From contig CBFFSA010000001.1 of assembly GCA_965644495.1 (NCBI GenBank), forward strand, positions 4,030,001-4,094,000: a stretch of DNA of 64,000 nt, written 5' to 3'. Source of the stretch: Perkinsela sp. CCAP 1560/9. Taxonomy: Eukaryota > Protista > Euglenozoa: Kinetoplastea. The position numbers and the translations under genes were made by a program. The notes below the pieces were generated by a model. That model was not told the DNA's origin, ran no database searches, and saw only the letters and a list, made by a program, of their open reading frames with translations. Below are positions 1 to 9,154 of the stretch, piece by piece (the first letter of the stretch is position 1; the number at the start of each line of letters is the position of its first letter).

Positions 1-82
1 GGGCTTCGCTCACAGTCGGGCCTGGCCTCCAGACAGGTAAACTGGGTGTCGCTGTCGTGGGCTACGCTCACAGTTGGGCCTT
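1..82. repeat. Degenerate minisatellite (GGGCTTCGCTCACAGTYGGGCCT motif), shared with the interior of the Merlin element at 23355-23435
   Basis: GGGCTTCGCTCACAGTCGGGCCT at 1 and GGGCTACGCTCACAGTTGGGCCTT at about 59 match GAGCTTCGCTCACAGTTGGGCCTT at about 23365. Confidence 0.65.
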
Positions 83-154
83 AGGTGACGAAGCGTCGGA
101 AAATACACAATCCTTCGGAAGGGTCAGACGTTCGTAATGTAGTGTCGTGGAAAA

Positions 155-292
155 GTACTCATCCAAACTACTATGTGCAGAGGTCGTTTCAATGAGTACT
201 CATCCAAACTACCATGTGCAGAGGTCGCTTCGATGAGTACTTTTTTTCAGAAAACTAAAAATTCGTTTCGATGAGTATTCATCCAAACTACT
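155..292. repeat. About 41-bp tandem repeat (2 copies plus a partial one)
   Basis: GTACTCATCCAAACTACYATGTGCAGAGGTCGYTTCRATGA repeated at 155 and 196; partial third copy at about 265-292. Confidence 0.8.
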
Positions 293-464
293 GCAATGCC
301 CATTTTTTTGGTGTATTTTGGACTTTTTACTTTTTTTGTATCTTTCCTCATTTTTTTGATATTTTCATAGTCTTGACATAGCTTTTGCAGATTTACTATT
401 TCAGATTATTATGTTATTTATTATGTTATTTTTTAACATTAAAATGGGCTCATCAAACAGTAAA

Positions 465-581
465 TTTCTTTTTTAGGCTCTTCGTTAAACGCGGTGGTCG
501 TTTTCAACCTAGAAGTCACTCATGCTGCGCTCTTCGCGTAGAAAACTACCACCGCGTTTAACGAAGAGCCTAAAAAAGAAA
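465..581. repeat. Long inverted repeat: 41-bp arms with 1 mismatch, 35-bp loop
   Basis: TTTCTTTTTTAGGCTCTTCGTTAAACGCGGTGGTCGTTTTC (465-505) is the reverse complement of 541-581 except at one base. Confidence 0.9.
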
Positions 582-856
582 AATCGCGAAAAGATCATGA
601 CTAATCTTTTTTTGGGGGAAAAAACCCGATTTTTCGGCGAAAAATGCGAAAATTTGGCCCAAATTTAAGCCGTTTTTGATGCCTTACCAGTAGAGTCAGG
701 AGGCGAATCTGACGAAACAAACGTCGTAGAATGGTAGCTGGGGTCCCAAACTCCTAAAACACGTTTTAGGAGTCGATTTTGGAAAAATAATATTTTTACT
801 TTTTTTTGGGTCAATTTTTTTTGGGGGTCACCCCAAAAATTTCGGAAATTTTGACC
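465..856. mobile_element. Dispersed non-autonomous repeat, copy 1 (homologous to the satellite flank at 34262-34560)
   Basis: Colinear shared blocks with 34262-34560: AAAAGATCAT, CGATTTTTCGGC, GCCGTTTTTGATGCCTTAC, ACGTCGTAGAATGGTAGCTGRGGTCCCAAACT, CGTTTTAGGAGTC, AATATTTTTACTTTTTTT. Confidence 0.75.
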
Positions 857-1311
857 TTCCTCCTGCGCGTACCAGGGGATGGGGTACCCCCATGGGGGGG
901 GGGGGGGGGGGGAATTATCGCCGCGGCCTACTCTACCACTTCCCTGCGCTCGATTTCGAAAAACAAAAAATTCGAAAAAAAGAAATCGCGACGTATGCCC
1001 CCCCCCTGGACCCCCCCCATGGACCCCCCATTTTTTTCAATTTTGTTTTTCAGTTTTGGTCCACCGGAGCCCCCTTTTATATTTTTTTCTTCTATTATAT
1101 TACTGTGTTCCTCTTTATATTTTCACTGTTTTTGTTCACTTTTTTTCTATAATCGAGGGTAGAGCGGTAGTTATACAACCACTGCAATATCAACAATATC
1201 ATACATCGTTACTTAGAAAATGCAGTTATATTTCATAGGTTTACCATTTCATATTATTGTATTAGCTTTCTCATTACTATGGGCTCATCAAACAACAATT
1301 GAGCTGTCATA

Positions 1312-1678
1312 CAGTGGTTTCAAGATATCTTCCCCCCGGGGGAATTTTGAGTTTTTTTATTTGTTTTTTCTCATTTTTGCAGCATTGGATAGATCTCGTT
1401 TCTCTGGTGAAGCGCTTTGCTACCTTTTTATGTAGGGGCCCCCTGGTACCCCCTGGGTCCAAAACACATGGTTTGGACTTCATTCCAAGGTTCGTATTTA
1501 TCAAAAATCTTGTTTTGGCTGTTTTTCGGGTCACCATATGAGCACTACGGGGTCCCTGTGAAAAGAGAGGTGCCAAAGCGCTTCACTGGGGGAACGAGAT
1601 CTCTCGTTTGCAACAAAAATGAGCAAAAACGGACACAAAGACTCAAAATTCGCAGGGGGGGTACAATTGAAACCATTG
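1312..1678. mobile_element. Tc1/mariner/pogo-type MITE with long imperfect TIRs and TA target duplication
   Basis: TA|CAGTGGTTTCAA ... TTGAAACCATTG|TA; inverted similarity continues about 130 bp inward (AGATCTCGTTTCTCTGGTGAAGCGCTTTG vs CAAAGCGCTTCACTGGGGGAACGAGATCT). Confidence 0.8.
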
Positions 1679-1929
1679 TATTTTGTACACAGAAATACTA
1701 TGCACAGAAAAATAAATTCACTAAATTTTCGTAAAACGAATTCTCGTTCAATTTCCCCCAATAATTACTAAACCGCAATATTTACCTCCGCAATTCGAGG
1801 CTAAAGCAACCACCGCACTTTGTTCCCCCATCTCATTTTACCCCCTACTCTCCTAAAACCCGCATTTCACCCTTCCTTTTTCATCAAACCCTTTTCTTCT
1901 CTCATCCCCCTTCCCCTCCTCCTCCCCCC

Positions 1930-3234
1930 ATGTCTTCTCTCCTCTTCACCCTCCTCCTCTCCCTTCTCCTCCCCATCCTCCCCACCCTCGACGACGCCTC
2001 CGACCTCCCCCACCCTCCTCCCTTCGACCGCGAAGCCGCCTACCGCCCTGACTCCTACCCACCATCGACTGCATCTTCACCAGCGTCTTCTTCACCAGCG
2101 TCTTCTACTTCTTCACAAGCGTCTTCTTCTTCTTCACAAGCGTCCTCTTCTTCTTCTTCACAAACGTCTTCTTCTTCTTCACAAGCGTCTTTTTCTTCTC
2201 TATCTTCTTCTTCACAAGCGTCTTCTTCATCTCTATCACCATCTTCACCAGCTTCTTCTTCTTTATCCGCTCTATCGTCTTCTTCATCTTCACGACCCTC
2301 CTCTTCCTCCTCTTCCCTATCCCCGTCTTCCCTATCCCCGTCTCCCCGAGCGTCTTCTTCTTCCTCCTCTTCCCTATCCCCGTCATCCCTATCCCCGTCT
2401 TCCCTATCCCCGTCTCCCCGAGCGTCTTCTTCCTGTTCCTCCTCTTCCCGGCCCTCCCCCCGTCCCTCCCCCCGCCCCGGCCGCGTCTCCGCCTCCCTCC
2501 TCTCCCCCACCCACCAGCTCCTCCGCCTCACCGCCCCCCTCCACAACCCCCACCCCTCCTGGGTCCCCGAGACCCGCGCCTCCCCCTGGACCTGGTTCCT
2601 CTGGGGAACCCCCGACGCCGCGGCGGAGGTCGACGTCTGTGCCACCTGGTACGGCGTCGTGTGCAGCCCCGCCGGGGAGGTCCTGGAGCTGCGGTGGAAC
2701 GACCTCGACCTCAAAGGGAACCTCTCCTGGGGCTACGTCCCCCGGGCGACCACCCAGCGGGTCTCGGTCTACCGCAACGACCTCACCGGGGGGCTCCCGC
2801 TCGGGGACCTCCCGGGGGGGCTGCGCTACCTGTGCGTGTCGAGTAACCAGATGGGCGGGGGGCTGGGGCTGGGGGGGATGCCCCACGGGATGACGGATGT
2901 GTACGCCCGGCATAACGGGTTTGAGGGGGGGGTGGAGCTGGAGAGGCTGCCGCAGACGCTGGGGTTTTTGTATTTGAGCTTTAACCGGTTGGGGGGGGAG
3001 GTGGGGTTGGGGGGGCTGCCGCAGGGGATGAAGAGGTTGCGGTTGGAGAATAATGAGTTCTCGGGGTGGTTGCGGGTGCCGAATCCGTTGCCGGAGGCGT
3101 TGGAGTATTTGGATGTCAGGCATAATCGGTTGCGGATTGCGCAGGAGGGTGGGGTGGTGTATCAACCCGGCGTGCAGGTGTATCTGTTTCCGCAAAAAGG
3201 GGATGACATGGATACTCCTTTTTTGGTGATATAA
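1930..3234 (+). CDS. Secreted/surface leucine-rich-repeat protein with signal peptide and Ser/Pro-rich region
   Basis: Hydrophobic N-terminus (LLFTLLLSLLLPIL), Ser-rich tract, LRRNT cap (VCATWYGVVCSPAGEV), repeats of LxxLxLxxNxLxGxxxLxxLP type. Confidence 0.88.
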   Translation: MSSLLFTLLLSLLLPILPTLDDASDLPHPPPFDREAAYRPDSYPPSTASSPASSSPASSTSSQASSSSSQASSSSSSQTSSSSSQASFSSLSSSSQASSSSLSPSSPASSSLSALSSSSSSRPSSSSSSLSPSSLSPSPRASSSSSSSLSPSSLSPSSLSPSPRASSSCSSSSRPSPRPSPRPGRVSASLLSPTHQLLRLTAPLHNPHPSWVPETRASPWTWFLWGTPDAAAEVDVCATWYGVVCSPAGEVLELRWNDLDLKGNLSWGYVPRATTQRVSVYRNDLTGGLPLGDLPGGLRYLCVSSNQMGGGLGLGGMPHGMTDVYARHNGFEGGVELERLPQTLGFLYLSFNRLGGEVGLGGLPQGMKRLRLENNEFSGWLRVPNPLPEALEYLDVRHNRLRIAQEGGVVYQPGVQVYLFPQKGDDMDTPFLVI

Positions 3235-3641
3235 TGCCGAACAGAAGGAAGAGCGTCCATGGGCGTGTGGACAAGGTTGTCGTTCTTTGTTTTCCATTCG
3301 GTTTGTTGAACCACTACATTGCATGAATACGAGACTCTTTTGGCAAAAAGTAAAACCATGCGAAGGAGTCGGACAGAGGTGAATCTGATTCTTATCCAGG
3401 CATGCGGTCGTGTCAGTGAACAAAGGGGCAGATGTACCATGAAAGCTGTGTACAGCAGTAAAGTAGCATCTGTGAAGCGACATGCCATGAATGTGCTTTT
3501 AATCTCGATCCCCACCTTTTTGTTAAACGACACATATCGTATAGAAATAAATCAGGTCTACTTTCGTTCAGGTTTCGCCCCAATAATTACAGCTTTGACT
3601 GAATAGATCCACTTTCATACCCTTTTTAACTCCTTATCATC

Positions 3642-4253
3642 ATGCTTGCAGATTTATCTACCAGGGGTCAGTATCTCAAGACGCCTTTGTTCCGCTCCAA
3701 GGATAGCTCTTCCCGTGCGGGCAAGGTCCGGGGCGCGTCTCTACCTCAGGAGTTTATTTTATCTCGTGTGCTGCAGGACGTGCACAACCCTTTACCCTCG
3801 TGGAACACTACAACCCCTGCTTGCGACTGGGAAGGCATGACGTGCTCTAAGGAACTGTTAGTTCGCATGGATTGTCGGAAAAGGGATCTTTCGGGGGAAA
3901 TACGCTGGGAACACCTGCCCCGTACTCTTATCGGTTTTAATGTGTACAAGAATAAGCTGAGCGGGGTGTTGGATCTTTCTGATTTACCGCCTGAGTTGCG
4001 AGTATTCAATGTTTCATACAATTTCTTTACGGGGGAGTTGGACTTGTGTCATTTGCCTGCTTTTATGGAACAAATTTTGTTTTCCACGAACCATTTCAGT
4101 GGTAAGGTTGATTTTTCACTATTGCCCCGTAAACTTATTGCCCTTGCTGTACGAAATAACGAAGAGCTTTGTGGAACGATGAATTTAAAAGAATTGCCAC
4201 CCAACCTGTCCTATCATCCGGTTCGTGGTACGCAAATAAAAATTATTGAGTGA
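3642..4253 (+). CDS. Leucine-rich-repeat protein (SLPQE / CxWxGxxC family)
   Basis: KVRGASLPQEF, ACDWEGMTC cap, NKLSGVLDLSDLP and NFFTGELDLCHLP repeats; paralog of the genes at 6271 and 12364. Confidence 0.88.
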   Translation: MLADLSTRGQYLKTPLFRSKDSSSRAGKVRGASLPQEFILSRVLQDVHNPLPSWNTTTPACDWEGMTCSKELLVRMDCRKRDLSGEIRWEHLPRTLIGFNVYKNKLSGVLDLSDLPPELRVFNVSYNFFTGELDLCHLPAFMEQILFSTNHFSGKVDFSLLPRKLIALAVRNNEELCGTMNLKELPPNLSYHPVRGTQIKIIE

Positions 4254-4407
4254 GCATGCCTTTGTAAATTATACGCTTGTGTACTGTCTTTTCTTGTTCG
4301 TATGCGCTTCGTTGATAATAATGAGGTGTCCGTAGAGAGATTTTTTACAAAACAAAACGTTTCCTTATAATACAAGTGTGTATTCTTTTCGAAACTTGTC
4401 TCCGTTT

Positions 4408-6090
4408 ATGACTCGGTCACAGTGGAATATGAGTACGCGCCTATCACGAAAATTCCGAATGCTGACCTGTGGTGGTCAACCCTCCCTCTCTCCTATGTTC
4501 CCTCGGTTTTACCATTCCGCCCCTTCCTATCACCCTGAAAACTCCGTGACTTTCTCGGAGAGGGATTTAAAAAAGGGGGGTATGCAAACATCCTCCTCCT
4601 CCTTGTTGGGAGGCTTTCACGAGGATTCGATGGTTTCAAGTCTTTCTCCTTCTCTGCGTGGAGCGCACTTGGAACGAGGTCGAGCAAGTTCCCTTTTTGC
4701 TCAATGTCTGCATAGCCAAGTCCCTGTTCTTTCGTTTGGAAAAAATGCACGCCGGGAGAAAGAAAGAAAACATTCATCCAGTACAATCGATGAAGATTCT
4801 TCAAATTTTCTGGACAATGAAGAAACGATTTCAGAGGATCAACAGGTTGCCGCAAAAGATCAGCGTCGTATTGAATCTGATTTCGGAATGACTCACCAAC
4901 GCCCTTCAGGCATTTTCTCTGATTCAGCGCATGAAGACTCGGAACCAAGCTGCACGCTCCATAGTTCTGACGCACACAGACTCGTAGGAGAAGCGAAAAG
5001 GGAGAAAATGATAAAATGTTCTGTGACTGAAGGAGAAAAGTCGCTTGAGCGACGATCTCCGTATCGATCGTCTCTTTCCCATTCTCTACGACGACGTCGC
5101 GAAAGCTTACTAACGGTGGGAAAAAGTCAAGAACAGTCACGCAACTCATCAGGTTTAAAAATGGTTGCCGTCCCCTGTATTTCCTCTGCCATTACCCAAA
5201 TGTGGCCCGGATCTGATCCCGAATTTACCACATTAAACGACAAAAATGCAAAGAAGCGTTTTGAGATAGATCAGTCCAGTGACAAACGCGCATTCGAGCA
5301 ACGCGAAGAATCTTGTTGGGAACACGTCCACAACAGCTACGGCTTCCTTACAAAGCCTCGTTACCTCTCCTGGGCCCAATTCCTTCGGGAACAGAAGCGC
5401 TTCCACCTCCGCTGGCGACTCCTGAGTTCCACCAGTCAATTTATGAGCTTTACCCTTTATGATCGGGAAAAAGACCGACCCAGAACCCAAACCCACCTCC
5501 ACGAAACCACACCCTACCTCGAGGACGGGTCCGAATCCACCCAGGTCGCGCTCCATCTCCTCGCGGACTGTCCCCGAGCGCACTCCCTCTCTCACCTCCT
5601 CCATGCCACAGAGGAACACTGGCACATGAATGAGTTGACGCAATGCAGTACGATGCGTGCTCCTTCTTCGTCTTCTTCTTCTTCCTCCTCTTCCGCAGAG
5701 CCCATGGCCTCTGCGTTTACAAAACCACAAATCTCACAACAAAACAAAATCTCGCAAACCGCATCGCACACCAGCGCGATTCGTTTCTCCAATGATTTAG
5801 GAAAAACGACAGAACTTTTGTTTACCACCACAGCGGCTAAAAAGCTGATTTTATTTCACCCCTCTTCCGTTTCCAGCGGTCCAGTCGCGGAGATGTCGCT
5901 GCAGACCTTTACTCGACTGCTGCTGGAGAGTTGCGTCCGGGTGATCCGGGAGGCCCCGTTTGGGGTCTCGAACGCGACGTTTTGCACCGAACAGCATTTA
6001 CGCGAGATGGAGGTGATGTGGGGCTCGTTAAGGGCAGCCGCGAGACTACGACAGGAGGCGTTTCCGTTGGGTGATAGGCTGCTGCGGTGA
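4408..6090 (+). CDS. Hypothetical protein, Ser-rich, possible N-terminal mitochondrial targeting sequence
   Basis: Long ORF (570 codons from 4378; first ATG at 4408) on the gene-bearing strand; Arg/Ser-rich N-terminus; no domain recognised. Confidence 0.65.
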   Translation: MTRSQWNMSTRLSRKFRMLTCGGQPSLSPMFPRFYHSAPSYHPENSVTFSERDLKKGGMQTSSSSLLGGFHEDSMVSSLSPSLRGAHLERGRASSLFAQCLHSQVPVLSFGKNARREKERKHSSSTIDEDSSNFLDNEETISEDQQVAAKDQRRIESDFGMTHQRPSGIFSDSAHEDSEPSCTLHSSDAHRLVGEAKREKMIKCSVTEGEKSLERRSPYRSSLSHSLRRRRESLLTVGKSQEQSRNSSGLKMVAVPCISSAITQMWPGSDPEFTTLNDKNAKKRFEIDQSSDKRAFEQREESCWEHVHNSYGFLTKPRYLSWAQFLREQKRFHLRWRLLSSTSQFMSFTLYDREKDRPRTQTHLHETTPYLEDGSESTQVALHLLADCPRAHSLSHLLHATEEHWHMNELTQCSTMRAPSSSSSSSSSSAEPMASAFTKPQISQQNKISQTASHTSAIRFSNDLGKTTELLFTTTAAKKLILFHPSSVSSGPVAEMSLQTFTRLLLESCVRVIREAPFGVSNATFCTEQHLREMEVMWGSLRAAARLRQEAFPLGDRLLR

Positions 6091-6270
6091 AGGGGGGAAA
6101 TTTTCAAGTTCAAGGCACTTAAACTTGAAACCCTTTTCTTTCATAATAGAGGGAGGAGCAAATATTTTCGTTTTTTTTTGTATTTTCTCTTGTCTCATAA
6201 ATCTAAATAAATACCCACATCAACAGCTCCTGTACTCTACATCGATTTTTTCTTGGGTTTATTTAAACCG

Positions 6271-6921
6271 ATGCTCCATCTCCTCTTTTCGGATGATGGC
6301 AATTCCGTCTCGTCTCACGCTTTAAGAGTTCGCGGAGCGTCATTACCCCAAGAAATCGAGCTCTCTCGTTGTTTACGGGATATTGAAAATCCTCACCCTA
6401 CATGGACTTCAGCGCAGCACGCGTGTGCGTGGCATGGGGTAAAATGCGTGGACCAACTTGCAACGGTAATCATTTGGGACTCACGACTATTATGTGGACG
6501 TATCGATTGGACTTCCTTACCCCACTCTCTAAAAGGTTTTGGAGTTCAGCAGAATGAACTAAGCGGTAATGTCGTGCTTACCTCACTACCCCCTCAGCTG
6601 AAATCTCTCAATGGATGTTTGAATCAGTTTTCTGGAGAACTGGATTTTAACAGTCTGCCACATAACATGGAATATCTTTCTCTTATGAATAATAATTTTA
6701 CAGGGTGCCTTAATCTTACCATGTTGCCTTCTAAGATGGTATTTCTTTTTCTGAATGACAATGCATTTGACGGAACCATAGAAATACGCCATATTCCCTT
6801 GAATATGCAATATTTGATGTTATTCGACAATCCTGGTCTCTGCGGGGTCATTCATTTATCAGATTTTCCTTCAACGCTTCAGCAGTACGACTGGAAAAAT
6901 ACGAAAATAACATCCATATAA
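6271..6921 (+). CDS. Leucine-rich-repeat protein (SLPQE family)
   Basis: RVRGASLPQEI, ACAWHGVKC cap, NELSGNVVLTSLP, NQFSGELDFNSLP, NNFTGCLNLTMLP; first ATG at 6271. Confidence 0.88.
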   Translation: MLHLLFSDDGNSVSSHALRVRGASLPQEIELSRCLRDIENPHPTWTSAQHACAWHGVKCVDQLATVIIWDSRLLCGRIDWTSLPHSLKGFGVQQNELSGNVVLTSLPPQLKSLNGCLNQFSGELDFNSLPHNMEYLSLMNNNFTGCLNLTMLPSKMVFLFLNDNAFDGTIEIRHIPLNMQYLMLFDNPGLCGVIHLSDFPSTLQQYDWKNTKITSI

Positions 6922-7068
6922 AGCTATATAGAATTTATACGGAATTTTAGTCTACTCCCCTGATCAAAAATAAAAGAAAATGTATCTTGATTGATATTTT
7001 GGCTAAACTGAAGCAAAATTCGGTTTTTTCACTTTTTTCATAAATCTGTTCAAAACATACATTGCCGC

Positions 7069-7128
7069 GTACGGTACTCGGGTACTCATAGCGAGTACGT
7101 ACCCGAGTACCGTACTCACGGTACTCGC
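7069..7128. repeat. Perfect 17-bp inverted repeat built from GTACTCG/CGAGTAC motifs (hAT-like subterminal repeats)
   Basis: GTACGGTACTCGGGTAC (7069-7085) and GTACCCGAGTACCGTAC (7099-7115); further GTACTC copies follow. Confidence 0.7.
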
Positions 7129-7789
7129 TTTGCAATACTCACTAGCCCAAAACAATAGTAGCAGGTGGCAGTAAACAGGAGTATAGGAATAAAACCAGGA
7201 TGGTATGAGATATGGTAAGAAGTGTTAGTCTCGGAGCCTAGTGTTCAGTGATGGTTCTAGAAAGCTGGGGCACGTCTGATTTCCTACGAAAGAAATTTCC
7301 TATTTCATAAAATGAATTTCTAAACAGAATAGAAAGGAAAAACGAACTCGGCAAAAGGAAAGTATGAGATACAAAGGAATACGAAAACGAAAATCAATGA
7401 CAGGTCAAACATTCAGTTTTTAAGTATGAAAAGTAATGCATAATGTACGAACAGTACCGAAGACATTCAAAAGGTAGCGTTGTTCGCATGACGAAGAAAA
7501 ATTTAAGCCCGAGGATAAAGTGTAGCCCGGATGATTGTTAAGCACATTAAGTGAAACATCGAAAGCCCCACAGAAAAATATGAATATCAATTCAAGTATG
7601 TAGAACGCTTTAACGAAATAGAACAAAATTTTCATAAGCTTTTTACCGAAACTGTGTGCTCACTAATCTTATCCACACCCCTTATCGCAGCACATAAACA
7701 TGTTGAAAGAAACCTAGAATAGTAAACTAATGCGCACCGTAATCGTGCTCAGTCGAATATAAATTTTCGTCACTCTCACCCTCATCATC

Positions 7790-8245
7790 TCATTTTGCCG
7801 AAGGAAACAGACAATCAAGTTTTTCCTGGTTCCCACGAACAAATATTCGGTTCCATACTACTTGGGGAGAAATACGAGATTGTCTCGAATTACACGTATA
7901 CATGTAAGACAATATTGATAACCAACCGTCACATCTAGTAACAACAGCGGGTATCCAAATGTAATGAACGGCAGCTCGGAAAATGCTAGGAAACATGTCG
8001 CTTCCGACGCGTACCCACCATTCATACTCATTCTTCTGCACTTCAGGATTCCAATTGTAATTGCAACAGCTCCCCCATTCTTGCCATTCCCCTTCCGTGA
8101 TATCAACTAGAGGGGCTAATTCTCTAGGATTCCCTACGTTGTCATCCAATAAATTGTTCGCCCGTGCAACTGTAATTGGTGCAAGGCTACAGGATCGCGC
8201 GTACTGTAAGATAGAGTTTGGTCGAAACCACATGGTCGAAACCAC
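7790..8245 (-). pseudogene. hAT-family transposase C-terminal dimerisation-domain remnant
   Basis: EWWVRVGSDMFPSIFRAAVHYIWIPAVVTRCDGWLS follows the hAT dimerisation pattern WW....FP.L...A....IPA.S...ER.FS; truncated and antisense to the gene cluster. Confidence 0.6.
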
Positions 8246-9154
8246 ACAAAAAAATCTCCAACCTTCTAATCATGACTTCAAGACTTCAAAATCAACTTTC
8301 ACCTTTAAACGTCTTACGCACCTTGGTCAGAAATTTCAGTATCTGTTTCTCTTCTTTCTCCCCTTAAAATAAACGCTCGATAAGCGCTTCGCTTTTTCTG
8401 CTGTGCTGAAAGATGCATACACCAGTCTCTTTTTTGATACAATTATTATGTATCCGATTTCACCATACAAAGAGTAATACCTTGTGATGTCTTCTTTTCC
8501 CGTAGAGAAGGGAAGGTGTTCAATGGTGATAGAGCGTTCGTCACGCTCTTCGTGCGCAGAGTGTAAAGCTTTGAGAGATTCAAACTAGTCGTCTCGTTTA
8601 CGCTTTGCATCTCTTTCCTTGTCGGAAATACCGTTTCCTTTATTTGATTGACTTGCCGATTGATTCTGCCGACGTCTTAGTATATTCGAAGAAAGTTTTA
8701 AAAAAATGAAGGTGAGTCTAGAAACATCCAACTCAAAAAGCACTAGAGGGGGGACTCATTTATTGTTAACAATCGATAAATTCATTTATTGAATGAAATT
8801 TAATGAATTATTTTCGGTTTTTTCGTGTGACTTGAATTTTTTGTTCCATATGGTCATGTTTTGTAGTGTTCAAGATAAGTAAAATGATGCGCTTAACGAT
8901 ATTGTGCGAAACAATATTATTGAAACAACGGACTTTCAGCCGCCCGACGATCGCAGTATACAAATTCATACAAAACATTTTGATAATCATTCGTTTGGAT
9001 AAAAGTCAAAAAGTCCTTTTATCAAAATTAATCAGAGAGGGGGTATTATTGTTAAAATTCGATTATTGTTAGCAAAAACTTCTCAAAAAAATTGCTAAGA
9101 ATAATCGACCCCCCCCTTTACATGAAATAAGATGTTTTTTGTTATACTTTTAAT

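Noticed and set aside
1820-3483. Overlapping ORFs 1820-2893(+), 2055-2714(-), 2404-3483(-)
   Set aside because: Shadow frames of the skewed low-complexity LRR gene at 1930-3234.
6950-9050. Possible TIR pair TACTCCCCTGATC / ATCAGAGAGGGGGTA enclosing the hAT relic
   Set aside because: Similarity is too short and gapped to call boundaries.
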